Source: an uncultured virus (IMG/VR IMGVR_UViG_3300045004_000209)
Taxonomy: Duplodnaviria; Heunggongvirae; Uroviricota; Caudoviricetes
DNA length: 64,000 nucleotides
Virus record (IMG/VR): IMGVR_UViG_3300045004_000209
Strand: one strand, 5' to 3'
Shown here: one piece after another, positions 9,314 through 22,300 of the stretch
Layout: each line of letters opens with the position of its first letter
Position numbering within the stretch: the stretch's first letter is position 1
Translations under genes and position numbers: made by a program
The notes under the pieces: model-generated
What the model saw: only the letters and a program-made list of their open reading frames with translations
Databases searched by the model: none
What the model was told of the DNA's origin: nothing

Positions 9314-11640
9314 CTGAAATTGCAACTACTTATGCGCATTATGCAATAGATAGGAGATTTATTGTAGATTTTTCTAGACTGTATATGTCCGAAGATTTTT
9401 TTATTTCTTCTTTAAAAAAAGCGTATGGGTGGGGTGTGAGAAGGTTTGTGGTATCACCATGCGGCAACGCAATTGGAATTGCATCCGATCCCTATTATGA
9501 AGTGCAAAACGAGATTTGCACATCTTGGCTTAGTTTGGTGTATTCTTTTGTTCAGTCTTGCAGTCATCCCGTTACTGTCGGTGTGCGCTATGATTTAGGC
9601 TACCATATGGCCGCTCAAACTAGTTTGCTTAGTGGCAGTTTTATGGATTATGAGTTACCTAAGCTTGTAAACAACGGAATCACCGCTATAGTGTCGGACA
9701 ACATGCCAAAGCCCTCTGATCCATACGATCCGTATGACAGTTGCACAAATCGCCTTTTAAAGCAAATACTTGAACGACATATGTTGTTTTACTTGTGGCG
9801 AGACAATTCTGGCAATCCGTATGTGTCCACTAGCGGAGCGTGTGATTTGCCTGAGTGGTACGACCTACCAGTGGCTGTTTCTGACAGCACTTTACCAGTA
9901 AGTGGATGGGCGAGTGCTAATGTGAGGGCTTCAGTTGAATCAGTTGTGACGATAGAATCGGAAGACTTGTCAGAAAGAGTGATTCGCTCTTGTGTAAATT
10001 GGGGATATGTTCCATGCTGGAAACCATCTGTTTCTTCTCTTTCGTCTGATTGGAAATATATAGTAGATGCCTATCTTGACGAAGAGCGTCGTGTTAAAGA
10101 TTTGGGCGCAAAATCTAAGAAATTTATTGTCCCATCTCTAGCCGGTCGCAGATCTCATGTTGGCGTTGGTTCTTGTCATTCATTTTTTAGCAGTATCGCG
10201 AAGTCTATTCCGAGTATAGTCGCACCTGCAAACATAGACTGCTCAAGTAGCGCGAATGAAGCAGGTGGTGTCTGTAATCTTCCTTCGTATTATGCAGCAA
10301 GACAGCCGTACTACGAAGATCCATTGATGCCATTTACTAGTGCTGGAATCTTGTCTTCCAAGATTTCTTCGCCATCTGCATATGGCTCTTATGGGGCATG
10401 CAAAGCTGCTGATGCTGCTATAGGCATTCTTGCGGAAGAGTGGAGTAGTCATCCCCAGCGTGATTACTTGGGCGAGTTTGCTTCCGTGTTAGTTTTTTCA
10501 GATTGGGGGCGTGGCGGTTCTTCTCAAGTCGTAGATACACATTACGAGGAGTGCAGGCTCACCGAACATGCTGGAGATGCCTTGTCTTTGCCTCCATCTG
10601 GCAAATCTATACAGAATCCTAGAGATAGCTTGTTCAACTATAATGGGATTTTATCTTGCAGATCTTGGATGTCAAAATTCATATACAGGTTTGAGACTGT
10701 GCGCCAGAGGTGGGCTGTTTTTATAGGCGTAGGCGTCCAATCTCCTTGGTGTGTTGTTTTCAATTCAAAATTGCCCGTAGATATCAACAGTGCAGTATCT
10801 CAGCCAAAAGTCGTGGACGGCATAACATATTATGGAAATTGGGAAAGCCATATTTTTGACAGCAGGTGGGAGCGGGAAGTGATTGCAGATATTTTTGGAT
10901 CAGAGAAAACGCTGTTAGCATGTTCGGAATTTTCAAGAATCTACTCAGTAAAATCTTACTTGCCAGGTGGTCAGTTAGACAAAACATTCACCGCAAATAA
11001 TGTATTTCAGAACAGATCTGCATTTGATTTTGTTGGTAACAGAGCGTTTGCAAAGTGGTACATGGATGTAGCCCGAGCTGCTGCTGCTTTTGCTCTTAAC
11101 GAATCTGTAGGCAAAATGTTGGTTCATCATTTTGTTGGATGTTCTGTTTCTTCTCCAGGATTAACTCCGAAATCTTCTCAAAATATATGCGATCATAAAG
11201 ATGCATCTCCGCTATTCAGCATGGTGCAGTACAATAATTTTAGTTCACCATCACTTACTCCATCTCCACGTATTGGTATTCCACATGTCGGTATATTCGG
11301 ACAGGGACATAAGGATGTGCCTCCTCTGTCAGAAGGGGTTCGTGTTTTGACCAAATGCTCATCTGATGGAGATCAGCTTTCAGATTGGTATCTCTCTTCT
11401 CCCGTCGGTGACTGCTCATGGCGTTTTGGCGGAGAAAGAGAAAGGTTTGGTTTTGGGGTGGATGACTCTGAAATTGTTGTGGATGATGGCGATCCCAACC
11501 CTGTAGCCATACAAGGATATTCTGGCGGGACTGCTCAACCTATAGACCAGGCCCCGTGGTGGGGAGTTTATGCTGGTAATTTCAATCCAACTGTTTACCT
11601 GCGAACTTCCAAATCTGATGATGAGGAATATTACCAATGA
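9310..11640 (+). CDS. Hypothetical protein
   Basis: 776-aa ORF with ATGA overlaps at both ends. No firm family. Confidence 0.8.
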   Translation: MTEIATTYAHYAIDRRFIVDFSRLYMSEDFFISSLKKAYGWGVRRFVVSPCGNAIGIASDPYYEVQNEICTSWLSLVYSFVQSCSHPVTVGVRYDLGYHMAAQTSLLSGSFMDYELPKLVNNGITAIVSDNMPKPSDPYDPYDSCTNRLLKQILERHMLFYLWRDNSGNPYVSTSGACDLPEWYDLPVAVSDSTLPVSGWASANVRASVESVVTIESEDLSERVIRSCVNWGYVPCWKPSVSSLSSDWKYIVDAYLDEERRVKDLGAKSKKFIVPSLAGRRSHVGVGSCHSFFSSIAKSIPSIVAPANIDCSSSANEAGGVCNLPSYYAARQPYYEDPLMPFTSAGILSSKISSPSAYGSYGACKAADAAIGILAEEWSSHPQRDYLGEFASVLVFSDWGRGGSSQVVDTHYEECRLTEHAGDALSLPPSGKSIQNPRDSLFNYNGILSCRSWMSKFIYRFETVRQRWAVFIGVGVQSPWCVVFNSKLPVDINSAVSQPKVVDGITYYGNWESHIFDSRWEREVIADIFGSEKTLLACSEFSRIYSVKSYLPGGQLDKTFTANNVFQNRSAFDFVGNRAFAKWYMDVARAAAAFALNESVGKMLVHHFVGCSVSSPGLTPKSSQNICDHKDASPLFSMVQYNNFSSPSLTPSPRIGIPHVGIFGQGHKDVPPLSEGVRVLTKCSSDGDQLSDWYLSSPVGDCSWRFGGERERFGFGVDDSEIVVDDGDPNPVAIQGYSGGTAQPIDQAPWWGVYAGNFNPTVYLRTSKSDDEEYYQ

Positions 11641-13352
11641 GGGTTTTGATGCCATCTAACAGGCTTGGATTCAGGTGCGATTCAGAGCAGGCCGAAAATT
11701 TCGTCGGATGTTTCTGCAGTGCATCAGGTGTGCCGTATGGTGTTGTAGGTAGCACATCTGTGGAGTCGCTATCCTCTGTTGGGTGTACCGTCACGCCGTG
11801 CATTGATGGATTTGCTGGATCTTATGGTAATGGTGACGGCTTGCCAAGCTTGAATGACAAATTGTCTAACAATCAATTTCGTGATTGTGAAGGTGAAAAT
11901 CTTTTTTTGCAGCCAAATTCCGAATATCTAAAAATTATAACCGGCAGAAGGTTCAATGCTCAAGAAATGATCAAAGGTATGACTTCTGAGTCTGGCGCAC
12001 ACCTGCGCAGGGCGCATGAGGTGGTTCGTGGCTTCAGGAGAACTGAAGGCATATCAAATATTTCTTTGACATCTGATGAGATGTATTTTTCTGTTATTGA
12101 ATCTTTGGTTATGGATGCAAGAAGAAATTGCGATTTGGCTTTGGCTGCCACAAGGAAAAAAACTAGCGTGATACCTCCGGCATGTGCTGATTTCATAAGT
12201 TCTGATTCAACGATGTCATATGGGGTGATCAGGGATGCTGCTTTCAGTATTGGCAACAGCAACTTCAGATCTGAATTGCAAAAAAACTTTGCGATTGCTT
12301 GCGGGATTTCTGGATTTGGCTTGAAGATGCCATTTGTGGAAGCTTTCACCTCCTCCAAGGGCTCATATTTGTATAATTCAAATTCTCGAGGCAATTTTTT
12401 TGTTCATATGAGTTCTGGGATGCCACATGGTTGGGTAGATTTGATAAATTCAACAAAACTTCCTCACGGTTCCACATTCAGGGCAGTTGGCGCAAAAGAT
12501 GCAAAAACAAATTTTCAATATCAGATATTGTCTGATTCTTGCAAATTGGCAGCTAGGGAGTCTGGTCTCTCTTTGGCGCGTTTTGCAAAAACCATAGGTC
12601 AGCAAGATTCTATCATACTTTGCGTTTCTTCAGTTTTGCCGAACGCCTTGATGGGTAGCTCATGGTATGGTATGCTGCCAATCCCTGAATATTTTATAGA
12701 CGAATATATAAGGCCTCTTCTACGCGGAATTTATGACGGCGGCGGCAAGGTCTTAGATTTTGTTATTGGCGACAATATGGAAGAAATTATATCTGCAGCC
12801 ACCTCAAGCTCAAATTCCGACAGATTTACCGCAAGAAGGTCTCTTGAGTATCAATTTTTGGGGAGAAGGATGATTTCTAGGCCGATTGACGAAAAAAGAG
12901 ATGAGCTTGGTCACGAAAATGCAGTTGGTTTTGCATGGAACCACGAACTTGCAGATCCAGAACTTGGCAACTGCATGCATGACATATTTTGGTCGGACTT
13001 GGACGGATCTCGCATGATTGACTGGAAAGGTACAATATCTTCTTGTGTAGACGATCAAGCAGCATGGTCGTCTTTGAGATTTATTTATCCAGATTTGCCT
13101 GTAAAAAATCCTGTGCAGGGCATGTCCGTATCATCTGGTCGGTATAATAATAAAAATGCAAATTATGTTGCCTCAAGTTCATCACTCATTACAAGGCAAA
13201 TTGTTGCCATCTTGAGATGGGAGAAGGTGGAATGGACACATCTTCTAACCCGCCACCTCAGGGCGCTCGCCGACACAAACGCTAGACATATGGCTTCAGC
13301 GTCTACTGATTGGTCTGTTTCCTCAGCAGGAACGGTTGATATAGTGCGATGA
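11637..13352 (+). CDS. Hypothetical protein
   Basis: 571-aa ORF with ATGA overlaps to both neighbours. Confidence 0.8.
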   Translation: MRVLMPSNRLGFRCDSEQAENFVGCFCSASGVPYGVVGSTSVESLSSVGCTVTPCIDGFAGSYGNGDGLPSLNDKLSNNQFRDCEGENLFLQPNSEYLKIITGRRFNAQEMIKGMTSESGAHLRRAHEVVRGFRRTEGISNISLTSDEMYFSVIESLVMDARRNCDLALAATRKKTSVIPPACADFISSDSTMSYGVIRDAAFSIGNSNFRSELQKNFAIACGISGFGLKMPFVEAFTSSKGSYLYNSNSRGNFFVHMSSGMPHGWVDLINSTKLPHGSTFRAVGAKDAKTNFQYQILSDSCKLAARESGLSLARFAKTIGQQDSIILCVSSVLPNALMGSSWYGMLPIPEYFIDEYIRPLLRGIYDGGGKVLDFVIGDNMEEIISAATSSSNSDRFTARRSLEYQFLGRRMISRPIDEKRDELGHENAVGFAWNHELADPELGNCMHDIFWSDLDGSRMIDWKGTISSCVDDQAAWSSLRFIYPDLPVKNPVQGMSVSSGRYNNKNANYVASSSSLITRQIVAILRWEKVEWTHLLTRHLRALADTNARHMASASTDWSVSSAGTVDIVR

Positions 13353-16300
13353 AGTCTGACTACGATCAGTTTGATCTGCTCAACAGGCTCGTCCAAGACG
13401 GATATGTGAAGATTGCCAAGGGATCCTTGGGCGCAACCTCATCTTCTTACGCTCCTGTTGCTTACCTCGAGGGTTTTTCTTCTGACCCATCAAAGGCACA
13501 GCCCCTATCGGGAAATCTGTCTTCTGGAGTCTCTCCTGATGCAAAAACAATTGGGTTATACTCTTCTAATACTGGTGTTGGTTTGTCGGTTGAGACTGGC
13601 TCCGCTGTAATTGCTGGGGTTTTTAATGCTGGCGCTGGTGTGGTATTGGTTGATTCGGACAATTTTGCAAGAGTTGATTTCGATTTTATGGCAAGATCTG
13701 TGTTGGGTGCAAGTTGTGTGCTTTCACAGCAAACCGTCACAACTTTTGAAGAAGCAAAAACAGCTGTATTATTGATCGCATCGGGAACGACCGGATGTCA
13801 AACTGATGCACTTGTTATGCACGACCCAAACCATTTTGTAAAGTCTGATCGTGGGGATCTTGGGCAGGTGCTGTCTGTTTTGTTCCAGGTTTTGTCTTCT
13901 GATTATGGAATCAATCCAATATCAGCATATGAAGATCTTTTCTCTGCCGCCTCATTTGATCATGAAACCGACTTTTTACGCATCTTCAAGACCGAGGGCG
14001 ACTGGAGCACTGGAGCAACTGCAACCTCTTTCAGTGTTGGCAAGCCCTTTCTTGCGGTAGCCCACAGACTAAACCTACTAGATCCCTTGTTTGCCGCAGC
14101 GGGATGCAGGTTGAACTGTGATTTCGACCCTTGGCCTGCAGTTGATTTCATGTCCCTTGATGACTTCAATGGTTTCAATATGTGGGACACTGGGTGGAAC
14201 CAATCTGAGACATCCTCGGGAGGCTACCTTTGGCTGAGGGGCTGGCCATACCAGAAGCCATCTGGGAGAAGCCCCATCAGCAGGAGGGTGAGGCCGTTTG
14301 TGGTCATCGACAGATGGGGGAGTCCGCACCCCACAGCCCCTCCTAACAACGATTTTGACAATCTTACTCTCAAATACAAGAGATTGAAATTTTCAGGAGA
14401 AAGTCATATTGTTGAAGATGTTAGCGAAGTATTTACTTGCCAGAAAGATGCACAAATAGACAGCATATGTGTTAATGCTTCTGCTGGTGATTATTCATTC
14501 AAGGTTACTGATCCAGCTTTTGCTGGAGATGGCAATCGTCCTCAAAATTATGCAGTGAACAGGTGGCTCATCAACAGTCACAGCAGCACGCCACCGGCTT
14601 CTCAGCTTCCATGGTCTGCGACAATCACACATAGTGTTTTTTACGATGCTGTCAGATATGCCATCGATGGTGGCAACATGAACGACATAATCATGCCTGG
14701 GCTTTTGTGCGACAGGGGTTATTTCGGGTTTGATGCATCCAACCCCCAGCCCAAGCCAATACCATCTGGCCAAAGGGGATATTATCCCGTTGATATTCCT
14801 TTCTGCCACTCGTGGAAGGGAGACTATCGTTCTCGCGTTGAGCCATCTGACCCTCACTCTTGGAGATATCCAGTATGGTTTCAGCCAGATCTGCAGGAGT
14901 ATACATACACGGATTTTGGGGGATCAAGCAGAACAGTTCGTCTGCCATCACTTTTCCACGATAATCTGATCAAGTTCTATTGCGGGACTCTCGATGCTAG
15001 TGGGCAGCCGACCGCAAGCGGTGGTGGATTCATACAGTACATGATCAGGAAACTCTGCTGGTATGCGAAGCAGCCACCTAACGTTCCAAATGTGAATGCA
15101 ATTGGTCAAAGGCTATTTGCGAATGTTGATGCCTCTAGCATCGGCTCTGATCCATACAGGTTGCCATTTGACCTATCTAGGGATGGCAACCTTCTTGACT
15201 ACATCATTTATGATTTCATAGTTGAGTTCGCAGGAGACAAGACTGGCACACTTTGGGATTGGATACAAGTGGTGCGTGGCTATGGACTGATGGATGAATG
15301 GTTGATTAGACAGACCACCAATCCAAAATGGAGCAACCTATCTTGGAACGGCTTTACTGGTGTGATATCTATACTAGAAGCAGGTAATGGCAGATACGGG
15401 TCTAGTTTGACTGGCTCTAGGAGCATATCTGAAGGGTTGCGTTCTCTGGTTGAGACTCGATGGGATGGCTCGGTGGAGCATCCCATGCTGAGTCGTCTCC
15501 AGCTTGTGGTTTCAATACTAGAAAATGAAGTTTTTGCGCTCATAACCAAAGCCATAGAGGTTACTCTTAAGGCAGAAGGGTGCATGCGTCCAGAAAGTAG
15601 CCTTCCATATTATGGCTACCAGTGTGTTTCAAGATTGGATGCAGACACCACTTTTAAGGTTGGTCAGTTCCCTGAGAGGTATGGAGAAAACTACACATCG
15701 ATATCTGTAGGTCATTCGCCAATAATATTCTACACCCTGAAAGACGGGTCTTTAAGATGGGTTACCACGCAAGATAATTTTGCAGGATATGATCTGCTGC
15801 CACCTTCTGAACTTGCTTCTCTCAAATACAGGCAGATAGCAGTTGGATATGGTGTTGTTGTCGGTTTGACAACAGATGGAAATGTTGTGGCATGGGGTGG
15901 ACCTGCTCTAGAGCATTGTGATGTTACTGCTTCAGAAGCTGCCGAAGCCTTCACAGAACAGTTGGCTTCACTTGGTCGTACAGTAAAGAAAATCGCTGCA
16001 GGTGGATCTCATTTCTTGGCGCTGCTAGACAACGGATCTGTAGTTGCCTGGGGGGACAATTCATCTGCCCAACTGAGCGATCCCAATACAGTTTGGACCA
16101 AGGTGGGAAGTATACCTAGGCCCACCGCAGGAGATGCGACGCTCATTACAAATCATATTCCATACATCGACTTCGAGTACAAGCAAGACGCATCCTCATA
16201 TCTAGGGTATTTCCCATGCATCACAGATGATCAGGACAGTTGCGTTCTTGATGCTTCTGGCGACCCTGTGCTGCAGGGCAATTCTTGTCAAATTAGTCCC

Positions 16301-19300
16301 CAGAACAGAAAGTATAGGCTTTTCAGATTCAACTCTTTGGGATGTCCATTCCGTGGCGGCGATCTTCCCAACAGCAATTTTGACACTCCATCTACATCTT
16401 ATCCTGCTCCCAGCGCAACTTCTTGGGCAGGCATAGTCAACTGGGAAACGGACACAGGTGCTCCAAATGACTACCAGTTTGCCAGATCAACTGTTGCTTC
16501 TGGTGTCAACGTCAGCCTAGATGGGTCTTGGTTAAGTTCTGCAGAGAATATAAGCACGGGGAACAGTCAAGGATATACTAATTCATCAGGATCTTTGATA
16601 CCTAACTCCATATTCGGGACATCCGGTCAGTCGTATATTGACATCTCTGCTGGCAGATTCCACAATCTTCTTCTCACTGATGACGGGAACATAGAGACAT
16701 GGGGTGGTAATTTCTTCTACGCAGTAACTGGCAGCGGCCTACAGACCAATGAATATGTCAGGATGGGGTCTGGCCGGCCTAACGCAACTGCTGAAGCATC
16801 AACTAGCAAGTGGATAGAAAATGGCAGGGAATATCCATATCCAAATGCTCCCCCTGGGGACAATACAGCTCCAACTGTAAAGACCCTAAAAACCACTGCA
16901 AATTCAGTTTCTGCAATATCATGCGGATATTACAACAACTATGCAATCAGACCAGATGGTTCTATATTTGCATGGGACAGGAACGAATGGGGAGAATCTC
17001 TGCCGAATGGCGGCATCCCATCAGGCCCATTCAAGCAGGTAGCTGGCGGTTACCACCATGCGGTTGCCCTGCGCAGAGATGGAACTGTTGCTTGTTGGGG
17101 AGAAAATAACGACGGTGAATGCGTTGTGCCCGTCCAGTTTCAGAACGCCACTACCTCCGACTGTGTGTGGGTTGGCGCAGGCCAAAGATTCACCGTTGCG
17201 CTCAAAGCAGATGGAACCCTATATGCTTGGGGAGACCTGTCGAAATTGGTTTCGTCTAGCACCCAAGGTATGCGGATCAATCTCGCGGAGAGGATATACC
17301 TTCCAGGGACTCCGCTCATTTCTGCCAACCCTGGCTCTGATGGTACCATATCAAATCAACTTAGTTGGCAGGGCAAGTATTCTCTTTTTGAATGCGCTGG
17401 AGACATCCCGACTGATGTAATCTACAGCGGTTATAGTCAGTACTGGCTCTTTACGCAGTTTGTTGATGTTTCTAATATGCAGAGTGGTTTGATTAACACT
17501 TTTTATCATGGTTCTAGTCAATATGAAGTGGGAACAATAGATGACCAAAGTTCTTGGCCGCTTGTTTTGATGGGAGGCTCTGGTAATTACGGTGGTTTCT
17601 TGAGGCTGAAAACAGATGGAAAATTGTCAAGCGGCACGAACTCGGATGACAGGTCTGGGCCTGAGGAGACTTTCAACCAAACTCAGTTGCCGGGGTCTAG
17701 ACTGACATGGGTGGGTAACGGCGCCAGGCAGAATGTCCCAACCGCAAACGGATTCAGTTCGTTTACCAAGGCGCTGGCTCTCGTACAATCTGACAACTTC
17801 ATATCTCCTCCAACTCCAGCACGTAGCGCCATGGAGCCATTTGCTGATCTCAAGTATGGCATCTACGCGATCAAGCAGTGCGCATACAGCCATCCATCCC
17901 AAACTTGTCTTGCATGGGTCGAGTGGCCTGGCGGCTTTGCCCGTCCAGATGTTTCTCCAGTTGGATTCATATGGAATGAGGCAGACAGGCAACTGCCAGG
18001 CGAGAGTTGGCCAAGTCGATGGCATGGAGGGGGCGTGCGCAGCAGGGAACTGGTGCACGGCTGGATGTGGTGGGAAAAGATGGTTCATGCCATGCTAGTA
18101 GCCCAGGGCCACCCTCTATTTACATTCTGGTATGGAAGCGCAGAAAGAATATTTACAGGCAAATATGCAGTGGTTGCTGAAGGCATAGAAGACACGGTAT
18201 TCAACAGCACAACCGTTAACGCAGTTTTGGGAGATATAGAGCGTGCTGTTGGCTCACGTCGTCGTTGGAGTATTGCATTCCGACACGAATATCAGTTTAG
18301 TTTTGCGGAAACAGACTCTTCCGACACGCCTCAATCTCTTGTGGATGGCACCATCCCGCCACTCACTGATGCACAGATGAAGCCATGCATCACATGTGTC
18401 AAGGTAGAGGAGACAGATGATGGCTCATCTCCTGCGTATTTGCTCTTCAGACTTTCTGTTCCCACCCCGACCGAAGTCCCCGACATAAGTCCCAATGAGC
18501 AGTATCCTCCGAATAACAGGATACTGAATCTGAAGAAATTCGTTGTTTCGGTCAGGTCTGGATCTGAAGAGATCGCTAGATTGCGTCCGAACCCGAAGCG
18601 TCCTTGTGGCATGTGGTTCAGCATGCCATATGAGGAGGGCATGACTCCGCCCACGTTCGAGATGGTGGAAGACACTGGGGTGGTAAGCCGACGAGATGGC
18701 TTGACCACCTACAGGCTCGAAGGAACCAAGGTCGCAGGGTATGCAAATGCATCTGCAACTACCTCTGGTGTCAAGGATACATCTTGGTACAGAGAATCAA
18801 GATTCAGCCTTCATACCCAGTGGAGCGGATTAAACTGCGTCTTGCTCTATGATCAAAATGTCAGAAACATGAAGGGTGCTGCCATAAGCGGTTCTGACTG
18901 CGAGGTTTGTTTGCTGAGCAACTGCTCTGCTCCAAATCTTTCTTCCGCATCCCTTTCATTCTATAAGCGCAAGCACTCCACTGGGTCCTCGACATTTGAG
19001 TCGTCTTCTTTGCCGTCTTGCGGTGCGGCCACGGCTGCTAAGTTGGCTGGCGCTCGTGCTGCTTTTAGTTCTGCTTTCAACATAGATGCTCAGGTTAGGG
19101 CTGCAGCACAGTGGAATCCTGATTTTGCTATTGTATTTTTGAGGAGTTCAGACGAGCCTATGTGGTTCCCAAAGCCTGCTTCAACGCCATCTACAGATTG
19201 GGATTGGAGCAGAGATGGTGCTACTTTTAATCAGTGGAAGTTGTTCGCAAATGATGGAACTGTGGCGGGAGCGGTTGGGATGGCTATGGACCCAATGGCT

Positions 19301-22300
19301 GAATATGTGGCGGCTTCTATTAAATATGGAATTCGCCTGATTGCATACTTCAAGATGTTCTCTTCTATAGAGTTGGATGTTCAGGCAAACAACACAAATA
19401 CAAGTTTAACGAGGTTCGGAATTACTGCACCTTCTGGTGGATGGAAAATATCAGAGGTTTTCCACAAGGCTACTGATATATTTGGCAATCTGATCACTGC
19501 AAGTGAGCATGGCAATTCTGGCATGACTCTCCTGTCCATCATGTCTCCGTCGACAAGAGCTTTGATGGCTGATTGGTGCAAAGAGGTTGCAAGGCAAGGT
19601 CTAGCAAAGGATGTTTCTAACGAACCAATTCTTGGATCTGACGGATATCCGCTTGGTGTTCGCGGCATGTATTGGGATAGCATGCCGATAGATCCTTTTA
19701 GGGGAGACTTTTCTGAAGACACCGTGAGTTGGGCAACGTATGAGGGCCTTTTTGAAAATTTCAACCAAGAATTCCAAATACCCAAGCCAGATCCATCAAT
19801 TTTCCCATTCCCCCTCACTTACGAAAAAGCAAATAATTTAGGTCTTGTCTCACTGTGGACTTGGCTCAGCAATCAAAACACAACAAATATAACCGATCTT
19901 TTATCTCTTGATAATCCTTCTGTGAACTGGATAGAATCAAGCCAGACCAACCCTGTTACTTTTAAATCTGAAGTCCGAAGATACTTAGAATGGTTGAGGA
20001 AGAAGGAAAAAGAATTCATGAATTTCATCGCGGACACGATGAAGTCTTATGGGCATCCCGATTTTGCAATCATTCCAGCCGGCATACATTCTGGTCATTC
20101 CTACTCAATTTTTGCCAATCAGCATGACTCTGCATATTACTCTGCTGGTTTCAAGTCTGAACTTGGTGTGGAGCAGATACTCGATCTGCGGATGCCAAGC
20201 AACAATACCAGCCCATCAACTCCTCCTGACATGTGGTTGGCACAAATTGCAGACATGCTTATGTCAAGGAGCAGGGATGGTAAGCCATCCCTGATGTGGC
20301 AGCCGCTGACTCTGTGGAGCCCCTCAGAGTCAGATGCGCTCAGACCTCCAACGGACACAGAGCAGAGTTTGGTGACATGCACAAGCAATTTGGACTCCGC
20401 CTATCAAGCAGCGAGCGGTAGATTCACATTCTTGGGCGGGAAGGGGATTGTTCGCGATCATGCAATCAGGGGTTTCCTAGAGAACAAACTGCTCATAACA
20501 TGGGCATGCGGTAACATTTTTGATGCGATGTATTTCTCTGGCGCTGGATATTCAGGAGAAAATCCTGATTCCCTAACGGGGGTGGAAAACAACGACACTT
20601 CATTGCCTTCGGATAACGCCTCTGTATACATCAGAAGACTAGCATCCATGGCTTCAAGTCTTAAGGACGGTGGCCTGCCTAAAGCCAAGAGAAGTAGGGT
20701 GCCTTGGGTGGCAGTGGTTCACAGCCCGGAAGCTGCTTTTGGGGCTTCTATACAGGGAGGCGTCGCAAACGCCAAGTGGCAGCAATACTATTGGCCACTC
20801 ATGGGTGCAATCCACACATGTGTTGATAATGGCGTGCCTGTTTCTGTGGTGCAGGATGACTCTCTAGACCTTTATGATGAATTGGGGATTGGAGTTTTGG
20901 TTATACCTTTTGCCCGTTCTGCAGTTCCAGCAGCAACTGCTAAAATATTGAATAGGTTCAATGGTGGTGTCATATGGATGCAGGAGGAGTTCCTCGACAG
21001 CCCTGATCCTGGAGCATTGGTGCCACCGCCGCTGGCAACATTAAAGAATGAGTTCTATGACACCTCACTCATGGCTGGATTGTCCATAACCAAAGCGAAG
21101 AATTCCAGAAATCTTCTCTGGAACCTCATAAAAATCCGTGGTGGCGAGCCACCCATCTCGGCGACAATCGGGCCATCTTCAGGTGGCGAGTTTCCCAATC
21201 CTCTCGCTGTTCCATGTCACGGATTTGAGGTGTGTGTTGGAGACGGTAGTGCGCAACACATGATAATCACATCAGCTACAGATCTTGGCTGGACGGACAT
21301 GACGAAGCACATGAACCCGATCCAGTATTCAACACGAAAGCATCTGCTAGAAAACATTCCTTCGGGTGCAAGGTCAATACTCAGCATGTGCAGTTCTTCA
21401 GCGTTTATCGTAGCTGACAGCTTCTACAAGACCACCTACACAGGATCTGATCAGCTTATTCCGCTCGAGCACATGCCATTGCTAGGCAAATTGAATTTCT
21501 ATGCAGGAACTCCAAGAACATGGGGAAGGTATGTAAGGTTCAATTTTAAATTCTCATCAACACAGCTACCTGTGCGTGCAAGACAGTTCCTGCTCAACAA
21601 GGAACGTGGAAAATTTGATCCTATAGACATGGTCATAGAAGGTGGTTATTCAGAAATGAACGACATGATTGGGGTGCGCACCGTCGAAGGTGTGTCGATC
21701 ACCCCATGTTCATATGATCTTGGTTCGGTAATAGACGTGCAGTTGCGCGATAGGGTTAAAGATGACGATGTCACTGAATTTATAGTCAGAGCAGGACAGG
21801 GGTCCCAATTTGATCCGTGCCCCTATCCAGGGCTTTCTTGCAACTCCATCAACATGTTGAGGTGTCTGTTTGACTGGCTAGCGAATGCTGCTGAAGAAGA
21901 TGACAAGATCATCGTAAGAATGTACTGTGACGGATCCGAGAATGACCCCGATGTATCCAAGATAGTCCTTGCAAAGCCGATCTTCGAAGATCTGCACGCA
22001 AGTGTTGTTGCGAACCCATCGGCTTGGCAGCGTGTGATCGATGAGCCAAATAGCTTAACAGGTTTTTCTTCGTATTGCCCATTAGGATTTGTGGTCGCGA
22101 GGGACAGGGTGGGCAACCCTTCTAGTCCGACAGATGTCACCAGGATTGTCACTGGTATTGAGTTTAGAGGGAGCTATGGCAGTTCAACACTTGCAGGCAT
22201 GCTTCCCTCGCTTGCTGGGATCGTGCCATATTGCTCTTCAGAGAGTCCGCTACCGCCTGAGGTATTCTGTTCTGACAGTGAGGCAGTGTACACCCTCACT

